Positions 1 through 8,827 of a DNA stretch of 36,023 nucleotides are shown in pieces. Each line of letters opens with the position of its first letter. The first letter of the stretch is position 1. The stretch covers positions 1 through 36,023 of the forward strand of contig JAKAGE010000001.1 in NCBI GenBank assembly GCA_021817655.1, written 5' to 3'. Under the pieces are notes generated by a model that saw nothing but the letters and a program-made list of their open reading frames with translations, was not told the DNA's origin and ran no database searches. This DNA is from a bacterium. GTDB taxonomy: Bacteria; Patescibacteriota; Minisyncoccia; UBA6257; 2-01-FULL-56-20. The translations under genes and the position numbers were made by a program.

Positions 1-163
1 TCAACGTTTATGTTTTCCATACCTCCTTCATATCAGCATTAAAAATATCTTAAACAAAGCTTGCGTTTTTAGAAGGTTTCTTTTTCTCAAATTATTTAGT
101 ATTATTTAATCGACCCACATCAGATGTTCCGCATCCTCGCTTGCCGGGGGCAACACACGAACA

Positions 164-3100
164 ATGGAAACCACACCTATCCCGTTCACCCATCTGCACG
201 TCCACTCGCACTACTCCCTTCTCGACGGCCTCACGAAGATCGACGAGCTCGTGGCGCGGGCGAAGAAGTGCGGCATGGATTCCATCGCACTCACCGACCA
301 CGGCGTCCTCTACGGCGCCGTTGAGTTTTACAAACTGGCGAAGAAGAACGGCGTGAAGCCGATCCTCGGCGTCGAGGCGTACATCGCGCCGCGCGACCGG
401 TTCTCGCGCGAATCGAGCGAGCGGTACACCCACCTCATCCTCCTTGCCGAAAACCAGACAGGATGGAAAAATCTGATCACGCTCGTTTCCAAGGCGCATC
501 TCGAAGGGTTCTATTATAAGCCGCGGATGGACAAGGACCTCCTCCGCGAAAACCACGAGGGACTTATCGCGCTTTCCGCATGCCTCGGCGGAGAAGTGGC
601 TCGCGCCCTTACCGACGGTCGCTACGACGAGGCCAAGCGCACCGCGTTCGAATATCAGGAAATCTTCGGCAAAGGCAATTATTTCCTCGAGATCCAGAAG
701 CACCCGCATATCCCCGAATCGGAAAAGATCGAAGCAGGCCTCGTGCGGCTTTCGGAAGATACCGGCATCCCGCTCGTCGCGACCCAGGATAGCCACTACA
801 CGCATTCGGAGGACGCCGAATACCACGACGTCCTGCTCGCCGTGCAGACCGGCAACAAACTGACGGACGACGACCGGATGACGATGAAAGAGGATGATTT
901 CTCGATCCTCACCGGCGAGGATATGCTGAAAAAGTTTTCGAAGATCCCGGGCGGCAGGGAGGCGGTCGCACGGACGCACGAGATCGCGGAACGCTGCAAT
1001 GTGGAGCTCGATCTCGGCCATAACCTTCTCCCGGATTTCCCGAAACCGCCCGGAAAAACAGCGAACCAATACGTGCGCGAGCTGATCGAAGAGCGCCTGC
1101 CGCGGCGCTTCCCGACGGAAACGACGCCTGCGGAGAAAATGAAGGAGGTCCGCGATCGCCTTGAATACGAACTCGGCGTCATCGAAAAGACCGGCTTCGC
1201 CGACTACTTCCTCATCGTGCAAGACCTCGTCTGGTGGGCGAAATCGCACGGAATCGCGGTCGGCCCGGGCCGCGGTTCCGCCGCCGGCGCGCTCGTCTCA
1301 TATGCGCTCGGCATCACCGACATCAATCCGCTCAAATACGGATTGCTTTTCGAGCGGTTCCTCAATCCGGAGCGCATCTCGATGCCGGACATCGACATCG
1401 ACTTCTCCGACGTACGGCGCGACGAGGTGCTCGCGTATGCGCGGCAAAAATACGGCGAGGATCACGTGGCGCGCATCATCACGTTCGGGACCATGGCCGC
1501 GCGCGCCGCGATCCGCGATGCCGGAAGCGCCATGGGGTACTCCTACGCCTTCTGCGACCAGATCGCGAAGCTCATCCCCTTCAATCCGACCCAGGGCATG
1601 AAAGAGGGCTGGCTCGACGAATGCCTCAAAAAAGTGACCGAACTGAAACAGATCTACGACTCGAACGCCGAGGCAAAGAAGCTCATCGATACGGCGCGGC
1701 ATCTCGAAGGCGTCGCCCGGCACGCATCGGTGCACGCCTGCGCCACGGTGATCGCCAAAGATCCCCTCGTGGAGCGCGTGCCGCTGCAGTTCGCCCCCCA
1801 GGAACAGAACACGATCCTTACGCAGTTCGAGATGCATGCCGTGGAGGACCTCGGCCTCCTGAAGATCGACTTCCTCGGACTGAAAAACCTCACCATCATC
1901 GAAGATGCCGTCCGCATCGTGAAAGAGCTGCACGGAATAACGATCGATATCTCGAACATCCCCGAGGACGACCCGAAGACGTTCGATCTCTTCCGCCGCG
2001 GCGACATGACCGGCGTTTTCCAGTTCGAATCATCGGGGATGCGGCGGTACATGAAGGAACTCCAGCCTACCAGCATGGAGGACCTTGTCGCGCTCGTGGC
2101 ACTGTTCCGCCCGGGCCCGATGGAGCTCATCCCGACATACATCAAGCGCAAGCACGGCGAAGAGCGGATCACCTACATCCATCCGGTGATGGAAGAGACG
2201 CTCAAGAGCACGTACGGCGTCATCGTCTACCAGGAACAGGTGATGGACCTCGCGACAAAACTCGCCGGACTCACCCGCGGCGAAGGATATCTGCTGATCA
2301 AGGCGGTCGGCAAGAAGATCAAATCGCTTCTCGACGAGCAGAAAGAAAAGTTCCTCAAGGGCTGCGCGAAAAACAACATTCCCGCCAAGGTCGCCACGCA
2401 GGCATGGGAGCTCATCGAGCCGTTCGCCCGCTACGGCTTCAATAAAGCCCACTCGGCATGCTACGCCACGATCGCCTACCGCACGGCATGGCTCAAGGCG
2501 AACTACCCGGAGGAATCGATGGCGGCGCTCCTGAATGCCGAAATGAACGACATCGAGCGCATTTCATTCCTCATCCAGGAGGCGAAGACGGCGGGCGTCA
2601 CGATCCTTCCGCCGGACGTGAACGCGAGCTTCGTCAACTTCACGCCCGAAGGGCCGAAGATCCGGTTCGGCCTGCTCGCCATTAAGAACGTCGGATCGGA
2701 AATCACGCGCGCGATCATCGATGAGCGCGCGCGAGGCGGCCCGTTCGAAAGTTTCGATGATTTTTTGACCCGTATCCGGCATAAGGATCTCAACAAAAAA
2801 TCCCTCGAGTCGCTCGCGAAAAGCGGCGCGTTCGATTCGCTCGGCGTCGAGCGCAACCAGATCCTCGCCAACATGGACGCGATCCTCCAGTTCGTCTCGC
2901 TCGTGAAGCGCAATGGCACCACGGCCGCCAATTCCCTCTTTGGCATGTCGGCGCCATCGGCGGCGCTGAAGCTCGCCCCCGCACCGCCCGCGACGAGCGG
3001 CGAAAAGCTCATCTGGGAAAAGGAGCTCATCGGATTCTTCATCTCGGCCCATCCGATGGAGAACTTCACATCGGCGATCGAACACTATAAATGCAGGCCC

Positions 3101-3385
3101 GTGAGCGAGGTCCTGGGAGAGACCGACGAAAAGCGCACCGTCCGCACCGCAGGCCTGGTCTCCAAGATGAAGAAAATCTTCACGAAAAGCGGGCAGCCGA
3201 TGATCTTCGCGACGATCGAGGACAATGTTTCCGGCCAGTCGATCGAGGTCGTTGTCTTTAACAGCGTGCTTGAAAAAACGTCCGCCGCATGGGCCGAGAA
3301 TGCCTGCGTCATCGTGGACGGGCATGTCTCCCGCCGCGACGGCGAGGTAAAACTGCTTGCCGAGAACGCAAAGCGGCTGGAATAG
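164..3385 (+). CDS. dnaE: DNA polymerase III alpha subunit, 1073 aa
   Basis: N-terminal PHP motif FTHLHVHSHYSLLDG; polymerase core motifs (GPGRGSAAG, MPDIDIDF); one uninterrupted long ORF. Overlapping antisense ORFs are Arg/Pro-rich shadows. Confidence 0.95.
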   Translation: METTPIPFTHLHVHSHYSLLDGLTKIDELVARAKKCGMDSIALTDHGVLYGAVEFYKLAKKNGVKPILGVEAYIAPRDRFSRESSERYTHLILLAENQTGWKNLITLVSKAHLEGFYYKPRMDKDLLRENHEGLIALSACLGGEVARALTDGRYDEAKRTAFEYQEIFGKGNYFLEIQKHPHIPESEKIEAGLVRLSEDTGIPLVATQDSHYTHSEDAEYHDVLLAVQTGNKLTDDDRMTMKEDDFSILTGEDMLKKFSKIPGGREAVARTHEIAERCNVELDLGHNLLPDFPKPPGKTANQYVRELIEERLPRRFPTETTPAEKMKEVRDRLEYELGVIEKTGFADYFLIVQDLVWWAKSHGIAVGPGRGSAAGALVSYALGITDINPLKYGLLFERFLNPERISMPDIDIDFSDVRRDEVLAYARQKYGEDHVARIITFGTMAARAAIRDAGSAMGYSYAFCDQIAKLIPFNPTQGMKEGWLDECLKKVTELKQIYDSNAEAKKLIDTARHLEGVARHASVHACATVIAKDPLVERVPLQFAPQEQNTILTQFEMHAVEDLGLLKIDFLGLKNLTIIEDAVRIVKELHGITIDISNIPEDDPKTFDLFRRGDMTGVFQFESSGMRRYMKELQPTSMEDLVALVALFRPGPMELIPTYIKRKHGEERITYIHPVMEETLKSTYGVIVYQEQVMDLATKLAGLTRGEGYLLIKAVGKKIKSLLDEQKEKFLKGCAKNNIPAKVATQAWELIEPFARYGFNKAHSACYATIAYRTAWLKANYPEESMAALLNAEMNDIERISFLIQEAKTAGVTILPPDVNASFVNFTPEGPKIRFGLLAIKNVGSEITRAIIDERARGGPFESFDDFLTRIRHKDLNKKSLESLAKSGAFDSLGVERNQILANMDAILQFVSLVKRNGTTAANSLFGMSAPSAALKLAPAPPATSGEKLIWEKELIGFFISAHPMENFTSAIEHYKCRPVSEVLGETDEKRTVRTAGLVSKMKKIFTKSGQPMIFATIEDNVSGQSIEVVVFNSVLEKTSAAWAENACVIVDGHVSRRDGEVKLLAENAKRLE

Positions 3386-3509
3386 AACCGCGCCCGCAAT
3401 AATGCTGTCCGCAAAAACATTGACGAAAAAGAAGGAATAGGATTAAACTGAAAACAGTTCACAAACAATGCCACTGACACTGGCATTGATCTCACATCGG
3501 AGAACAAAG

Positions 3510-3863
3510 ATGGATTTCCTATCACCACGACCGTCGGATCGCCGCCGGAAAGAGGTAAGCCTCAGCAGCGCTGTGGCATTGTCACCGGAAGCAATTTTCA
3601 TCGAGAATGAAGCGGCAACCGGGAGCCGACGCACCATACAGCAGAAAACGCTTGCCACCCTCCGCAAGGCGCCCGACTTCAGCGAGGAGGATCTGCAAAT
3701 CCTTCTCTGGACCCTCAATCATGACACCGTGTGCTGCATGGCCAGAGAAATGAGAGTCTCTCCGGATTACATCAAAAGCCGCCAGAAAGCGATCAGGAAG
3801 AAGCTTTCAGAAAATTTGTGCGTGATCCGCGCCATTTTTGAAAGTGGCGGCGAAACCAACTGA
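3510..3863 (+). CDS. small hypothetical protein with a C-terminal LuxR/GerE-like helix-turn-helix
   Basis: ORF 3468..3863. The ATG at 3510 follows GGAG (3498-3501). The C-terminal EEDLQILLWTLNHDTVCCMAREMRVSPDYIKSRQKAIRKKL fits the LuxR/GerE HTH pattern. A hairpin terminator follows. GC is about 50%, lower than the neighbours. Confidence 0.5.
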   Translation: MDFLSPRPSDRRRKEVSLSSAVALSPEAIFIENEAATGSRRTIQQKTLATLRKAPDFSEEDLQILLWTLNHDTVCCMAREMRVSPDYIKSRQKAIRKKLSENLCVIRAIFESGGETN

Positions 3864-3882
3864 ACCTCTCTATCCCCAACAA

Positions 3883-3910
3883 AACGCCGCCCCATCCCCC
3901 GGGCGGCGTT
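3883..3910. terminator. bidirectional hairpin between convergent genes
   Basis: AACGCCGCCC (3883-3892) pairs with GGGCGGCGTT (3901-3910) around an 8-nt loop. It sits between the small HTH gene (+) and lysS (-). Confidence 0.7.
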
Positions 3911-3913
3911 CAC

Positions 3914-5371
3914 TTATTTCTTCCTCCGCATAAGCGGGAAGAACACGGTCTCGCGCATAGGCTTGTCGACAAGAACCGAGAATACCCGCTCCGACATGCC
4001 GAACCCTGCGGTCGGCGGCATGCCATATTCGAGCGCGCGGAGGAAGTCCTCGTCAACGGACATCGCCTCCTTGTCCCCTTTTTTCCTGAGCGCCATTTGC
4101 GCCTCGAGGCGGGCACGCTGATCCACGGGGTCATTCAGCTCCGAAAACCCGTTTCCGAGCTCCGTCCCGCACGCCACGATCTGGAACCGCTCCGCGATCT
4201 CCGGATGTTCCCTCGACGCCTTCGCGAGCGGCGAAATGATGACTGGCGTATTGATGAGGAAGCACGGCTGGATGAGCGTCGGCCTCACCGTTTTTTTATA
4301 GATGAGGTCGATGAGCCGCCCTTTCTCCAGATTCTGTTCCGGCGCGAGGCCGAGTTCTCTTGCTGTGCCGAACAGCTCGTCCCGCGAGGCCGTAAGCGGA
4401 TTCATTCCGCCATTCGCCTCTTTGAACGCATGCACATAATCCACCTCCGGCCATTCCTCATCCCATGCGATCTCATATCCCTGCCATGTCGTGCGCAAGG
4501 TTCCCATGGAGCGTTCGATCGCACAACGGAACATTTTCTGCATGAGTTTCATGAGCTCCTTATAGTCATGGTATGCCCAGTAGCATTCCATAAAGGTGAA
4601 ATCCTGGAGGTGATCCCGGTCGATGCCCTCATTGCGGAACACGCGGCCGATCTCGAACACGCTCCCCATCCCGCCCACGACGAGTTTCTTAAGCTGCAAT
4701 TCGAGCGAGATGCGCAGATAAAAATCCGCGTCGAGCGCATTGTGGTGCGTCCTGAACGGCTCTGCTTCGGCGCCGCCCGCCTCCGGTTCGAGCACGCTCG
4801 TCTCCACCTCGACGAATCCGTGCTGCGCGAGGAAATCACGGATGCCCGCCCAGAACATCCCTTTCTTTACGAACATCGCGCGCACGTCCGGATGCATGAT
4901 AAGGTCGACGTACCGTTCCCGCAGGCGCAATTCGACGTCCTCAAGTCCGTCCCATTTGTCGGGCAGCGGCAGGAGTGTTTTCCCGCCGAACTGGAGTTCG
5001 CGCACCTCGATGCTCTTCTCGCCGCGCTTCGTCACGAAAAGCGGACCGGTCACGGATACGAAATCCCCGATATCGAGGTTCGCGCGCCAGAGTGCAAATT
5101 CATTTTCTTTCAGAACATCGTCTTTCAATACCGCCTGGATCTTTCCCGTACCGTCTTCGATGTCGGCGAAAACGATCTTCCCCTGGTCGCGCATGCTTCG
5201 CAGGCGGCCCGCAAGCGACACCGGCGCCATTTCGTTCGCGATCCGGTCAAACTCCGCAAGCGCGTGCGCGATCTCGGACGACCGCTTCACCCGCGCGGGA
5301 TACGGATCGATCCCTGCGGCCCGGATCGTTTCGAGCTTTTTGCGCCGTTCGGCGATGATGTCCTCAAGCAT
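3914..5371 (-). CDS. lysS: lysine--tRNA ligase, class II, 485 aa
   Basis: MLEDIIAERRKKLETIRAAGIDPYP start, OB-fold N-domain, and class II core (FRNEGID, ECYWAYHDY, GFGMSER). The upstream ORF extension to 5584 overlaps greA and is rejected. An extended -10 (TGCTATGAT) lies 6 nt upstream of the ATG. Confidence 0.93.
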   Translation of the reverse strand: MLEDIIAERRKKLETIRAAGIDPYPARVKRSSEIAHALAEFDRIANEMAPVSLAGRLRSMRDQGKIVFADIEDGTGKIQAVLKDDVLKENEFALWRANLDIGDFVSVTGPLFVTKRGEKSIEVRELQFGGKTLLPLPDKWDGLEDVELRLRERYVDLIMHPDVRAMFVKKGMFWAGIRDFLAQHGFVEVETSVLEPEAGGAEAEPFRTHHNALDADFYLRISLELQLKKLVVGGMGSVFEIGRVFRNEGIDRDHLQDFTFMECYWAYHDYKELMKLMQKMFRCAIERSMGTLRTTWQGYEIAWDEEWPEVDYVHAFKEANGGMNPLTASRDELFGTARELGLAPEQNLEKGRLIDLIYKKTVRPTLIQPCFLINTPVIISPLAKASREHPEIAERFQIVACGTELGNGFSELNDPVDQRARLEAQMALRKKGDKEAMSVDEDFLRALEYGMPPTAGFGMSERVFSVLVDKPMRETVFFPLMRRKK

Positions 5372-5394
5372 GGGATTATCATAGCAAAGAAAAA

Positions 5395-5410
5395 CCCCTC
5401 TTTCGAGGGG
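5395..5410 (-). terminator. intrinsic terminator after greA
   Basis: On the minus strand: CCCCTC-GAAA-GAGGGG followed by TTTTTCTTTG. Confidence 0.65.
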
Positions 5411-5426
5411 CCCCCTTCTTCGTCGT

Positions 5427-5888
5427 TTATTCGATCTTGAGTATCTCGTAGGTCGCGCTCCCCGCGGGGGTCGTGACCGGAACCTTGTCCCCCGGCTTGT
5501 GGCCGAGGAACGCTTTTCCGAGCGGAGATTCGTCTGAGATGCGGCCTTCTTCCGGTTTCGCTTCGTATTTTCCCACGATGGCATAGGTGGACGTCTTGTC
5601 TCCTTTCTTGATCGTCACGACGGACCCGACCGCAACGACGTCGCTCCCGCTCCCGTTCTTCTCGATGATCACCGCCGACTTCAAGAGGTCCTCCAGCTCG
5701 AAAATGCGCATCTCGACGTTCGCCTGCTCCTCGCGCGCCTCCGCATACTCCGAATTTTCGGAAAGATCCCCGTATTCCTTTGCCTGCTTCAGGCGCTGGG
5801 CGACATCGTTGCGCCGCTTATTCTTCAAATCGTCAAGTTCCGCCTTGAACTCCTCGAGGCGCTCCTTCGTAAGATATTGCTTGCTCAT
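5427..5888 (-). CDS. greA: transcription elongation factor GreA, 153 aa
   Basis: LTKERLEEFKAELDDLK coiled-coil, YGDLSENSEYAEAREEQ motif, and C-terminal FKBP-like domain. Confidence 0.93.
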   Translation of the reverse strand: MSKQYLTKERLEEFKAELDDLKNKRRNDVAQRLKQAKEYGDLSENSEYAEAREEQANVEMRIFELEDLLKSAVIIEKNGSGSDVVAVGSVVTIKKGDKTSTYAIVGKYEAKPEEGRISDESPLGKAFLGHKPGDKVPVTTPAGSATYEILKIE

Positions 5889-5893
5889 AGTGG

Positions 5894-6664
5894 TTAAGAA
5901 AGGGCGCTGTCGTTACGCGGTTGTTTTTCCGTCCGGAGGTGGTATCCGTCCCTCCATAACTTCCAACGAATCATACCGGTTTCCCGAAGAACTTTCAAGT
6001 AGGCCGACGCCTTCACGTGCGAACGGGTATCATTGACCCAGTGGACCGGGATCTCCCTGATCGTATAGCCCATCCGCTTCGCGAGCGCCAGAACCTCTAC
6101 GTCGAAGCCCCATCCGGGAACGCTCGAAAGGGTGAAGATCCGCTCGGCGGCCTCGGCGGTGAACGCCTTGAATCCGCACTGCGTATCCCAGATGCCCCAG
6201 AGCCCGAGCACGGACTGGAACACGATATTTCCGAGAACGCCCGGAATCCGCCTGAACCACGGCTCCGGCGGATCGAGCGTCGCCCCGCGCGCCGTGCGCG
6301 AGCCGATCACGACGTCCGCGCCTTCCTTGAACAGCGGGATCATGGCGGCGAACTGGTCGATGGAGGTGGAATTGTCGGCGTCGGTGAAAAGCCGGATCGC
6401 GCCGGCGGCAAGCAGCATCCCCTGCCGCACCGTCGCGCCTTTTCCGCCGTTCGCCGCCGCATCGACCAGTTTGAGGTTCCGCACCATCTTCGCCATGTTC
6501 CGCGCGATCGCCGCCGTATTATCGGTCGATCCGTCGTTCACGACGATGATCTCATAGGAATAATCCGCGCCCGCAAGGCGCTTGTCCATATCGACGAGCG
6601 TCGACGGAAGCCGTTCCCCCTCGTTATATGCGGGAATGATGATGGAAAGATATGGCTGCGCCAT
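5894..6664 (-). CDS. family 2 glycosyltransferase (dolichyl/polyprenyl-phosphate hexosyltransferase-like), 256 aa
   Basis: LSIIIPAYNEGERL, VNDGSTDNT and FTDADNS (DxD) motifs typical of GT2. Confidence 0.85.
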   Translation of the reverse strand: MAQPYLSIIIPAYNEGERLPSTLVDMDKRLAGADYSYEIIVVNDGSTDNTAAIARNMAKMVRNLKLVDAAANGGKGATVRQGMLLAAGAIRLFTDADNSTSIDQFAAMIPLFKEGADVVIGSRTARGATLDPPEPWFRRIPGVLGNIVFQSVLGLWGIWDTQCGFKAFTAEAAERIFTLSSVPGWGFDVEVLALAKRMGYTIREIPVHWVNDTRSHVKASAYLKVLRETGMIRWKLWRDGYHLRTEKQPRNDSALS

Positions 6665-6697
6665 AGGATAATGATACCACTCCCGCGGCCGGAGCGG

Positions 6698-7456
6698 TCA
6701 TGCCTTCGTGAGAACGAGCGGGCCGCGTTCCGTGATCGCGACGGTATGCTCGAAATGCGCCGCGCGGGACCGATCGGCGGTGCCGTAGCTTTCGTCGCGC
6801 AGCTGGACGATATCGCTCCCTCCTGCGGACACCATGGGCTCGATGGCGATCACCATTCCGGGCGCAAGCGCCATTCCCGTGCCGCGATCGCCGTAATTGA
6901 AGACGGTCGGTTCGTCATGAAGCACGCGGCCGATGCCATGGCCCGTAAGGCCGTCAACGATCGTGAACCTTCGTTTGCGCACCACGCGCTCGATCGCCCA
7001 GCCGATATCTCCCAGCGTCCACCCCGGCTTCGCCTCCTTGATGCCGGCGGCAAGCGCTTCCTCCGTCGCCGCCATCAGCTTCTTGTCTTCCGCGGATGCC
7101 CGCCCGACGGCGACGGTGACCGCGGCATCGAGATAGAATCCGCCGTGTTTCAGGCCAAGGTCGAGCGAGACGATGTCGCCATCGCGCAGGACGTAGTCCG
7201 ACGGCTGTCCGTGCACGACGACGTCGTTCACCGACGCGCACAGCGTGTACGGGTAGCCATGCCGCGCGCCGGCAGGACGGTAGTTCAGGAATGCCGGCGT
7301 ATCGCCTCCCTCGACGATGAGCGTTCGCGCGATGCGGTCAAGCGATATCGTCGTCACGCCGGGCCGCACCTCGCTCTTCAGGCGCTGCAGCACCGCGCCA
7401 AGGCGCCGTCCGCCTTCCGCCATGATCCTGATCTCCGATGGGGTCCGATATTCCAT
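6698..7456 (-). CDS. map: type I methionine aminopeptidase, 252 aa
   Basis: Metal-ligand context is visible (DIVSLDLG, GHGIGRVLHDEP, IAIEPM, FEHTV). Confidence 0.93.
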   Translation of the reverse strand: MEYRTPSEIRIMAEGGRRLGAVLQRLKSEVRPGVTTISLDRIARTLIVEGGDTPAFLNYRPAGARHGYPYTLCASVNDVVVHGQPSDYVLRDGDIVSLDLGLKHGGFYLDAAVTVAVGRASAEDKKLMAATEEALAAGIKEAKPGWTLGDIGWAIERVVRKRRFTIVDGLTGHGIGRVLHDEPTVFNYGDRGTGMALAPGMVIAIEPMVSAGGSDIVQLRDESYGTADRSRAAHFEHTVAITERGPLVLTKA

Positions 7457-7471
7457 AGTATAGTGATGCGC

Positions 7472-8053
7472 TTATGAATTCGGATTGACAAGCCACCGTT
7501 CGTACACTTCGACGATCATTGCGATGACGCTCCGCAGATCATGCGTTCCGGTGTCGATGACCATGTCGTACTGGGAAATATCGGTAAAATCGACCCCATA
7601 CAGGTCCCGATACCGCTTCTTTTCGCTCTCGATGCGCGCGAGCGTCTTCTGGATGATCTCCTCGAGCGAAGCCGGACCCTGGCCCATCCGCTCGCCGTTG
7701 CTCACCTGGGCGAATATCCGCCGCGCAGCGACGGTCGGATCGAGACGCAAAAACACCCTGAAGGAATCGGGGATCCAGTGAAACGCCATGCGGGAATCGA
7801 TGACGATGTTTTCCTTCCCGCTGCCAAGCGCCCGGAGCATCGCGTCAACGCCCTCGTCGATCGCCTTCTGCTGCTCCGCAACGATGTTCATCTCCTCGAT
7901 CGATACGCCCCGCTCCGCCGCCATCTTCCGGAAAAGATCCCCCGACGAAAAATGTTCGTATCCGAGCGCTGATGCCACCCCCGCCGCAGCGCTCGACTTC
8001 CCGCTCCCCGGCAATCCTCCGATCGTGATGATATGTTTCCGTTCCATTGCCAT
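7472..8053 (-). CDS. cytidylate kinase-like P-loop NMP kinase (archaeal-type cmk family), 193 aa
   Basis: P-loop GGLPGSGKSS, SSGDLFR NMP-binding motif, and YRDLYGVDFTD tail. It lies directly downstream of adk. Confidence 0.7.
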   Translation of the reverse strand: MAMERKHIITIGGLPGSGKSSAAAGVASALGYEHFSSGDLFRKMAAERGVSIEEMNIVAEQQKAIDEGVDAMLRALGSGKENIVIDSRMAFHWIPDSFRVFLRLDPTVAARRIFAQVSNGERMGQGPASLEEIIQKTLARIESEKKRYRDLYGVDFTDISQYDMVIDTGTHDLRSVIAMIVEVYERWLVNPNS

Positions 8054-8059
8054 TGTCGT

Positions 8060-8632
8060 TCACCGGCCGAGGGCCCCTTCGATCGCCGCGGCGACCGCAT
8101 CGGGCGCGGGCGCGCCGTCGATCGTGATGAATCTCGTATGGTCCTTCAGATATTCCATCGCCGCATGGATCTCGTCGTCAAAATCCCGGAAGCGCTGATC
8201 GATCGCCTCGGGCGTGTCGTCCGCGCGCCCTTCGCGCTCGGCGCGCAAAAGCAGCCGCCGCTTGCACTCATCACGCGAAAGATCGATATAGAGCGTCGCC
8301 ATCCGTCCTTCGTGCCCCCGCTCCCGCAACCACCCGATCATGAACTCGCTCTGCCGGATCCGCCGCGGCACGCCGTCGAAAATGATGCCGCGCCCCTCCG
8401 GAACGAGGGGCAGCTTCTCCTTCAGGATCTCGAGAATAAGATCGTCGTCCAGCAGTTTCCCGTGATCGATGGCTTTGATCCTCCCTGCAAGGGGCCCGCC
8501 TTCGGCGAGGATCGCCCGGAGCGTCCCGCCCATCTCCCAGAATAAAAAATCGAGCTTTTCGGCAAGCCGTTTTCCCTGCGTGCCCTTGCCCGATCCCTGC
8601 GGCCCCGCGACGAAGATGATGTCGTATTCCAT
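8060..8632 (-). CDS. adk: adenylate kinase, short form, about 190 aa
   Basis: MEYDIIFVAGPQGSGKGTQ P-loop and the DGVPRR motif. The alternative ATG at 8644 overlaps the predicted -10, so 8632 is preferred. Confidence 0.9.
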   Translation of the reverse strand: MEYDIIFVAGPQGSGKGTQGKRLAEKLDFLFWEMGGTLRAILAEGGPLAGRIKAIDHGKLLDDDLILEILKEKLPLVPEGRGIIFDGVPRRIRQSEFMIGWLRERGHEGRMATLYIDLSRDECKRRLLLRAEREGRADDTPEAIDQRFRDFDDEIHAAMEYLKDHTRFITIDGAPAPDAVAAAIEGALGR

Positions 8633-8642
8633 GAATGCCTCC

Positions 8643-8670
8643 ATTGTAGCAGAATATTTCCACGATTCAA
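8643..8670 (-). promoter_or_regulatory. sigma70-like promoter for adk
   Basis: On the minus strand: TTGAAT (8665-8670), 16 nt, TACAAT (8643-8648). Two AATATTTCC direct repeats are nearby. Confidence 0.5.
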
Positions 8671-8697
8671 AATATTTCCGTTGCGATACGTGAACAC

Positions 8698-8827
8698 GAT
8701 AGAATAGCCATCCCCTCCATCCGCCTGAGAGGCCTCGGAGGCCGCGAAGACGGCCGAAAACGAAACGCCCGCGCAGCAGCGCGGGACGTCGTAATCTCGA
8801 GCGGATGGAGGGGATGGCTATTCTATC
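8698..8827. repeat. 130-nt structured palindromic element (family member A)
   Basis: A perfect 27-bp inverted repeat, GATAGAATAGCCATCCCCTCCATCCGC (8698-8724) with its reverse complement (8801-8827). It encloses three GC-rich hairpins. The right arm overlaps the secY stop codon. Confidence 0.85.

Noticed and set aside
1-20. Possible start of a minus-strand gene (ATG at 18-20 with AGGAGG upstream).
   Set aside because: Only 6 codons are visible, and the AGGAGG ends 1 nt from the ATG, which is too close for a normal ribosome-binding site. It cannot be supported from this window.
92-1249. 385-aa ORF antisense to dnaE. Similar long antisense or out-of-frame ORFs occur elsewhere, e.g. 1234..2445, 4097..5440, 6017..7477, 15610..17388, 20783..21769, 22973..24148, 24138..24935, 25320..26945, 26923..28176 and 30949..33231.
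   Set aside because: They are Arg/Pro/His-rich, low-complexity translations lying opposite or out of frame to genes with clear conserved motifs. These are typical stop-codon-poor shadow ORFs of high-GC DNA.
5372-5584. N-terminal extensions of ORFs: lysS to 5584, rplE to 13339, rpsJ to 20130, toxin to 27083, fusA to 33252, rpsL to 35357, rplO to 10555.
   Set aside because: The extensions overlap upstream genes or promoters, are basic low-complexity sequence, and conserved family N-termini begin at the internal ATGs.
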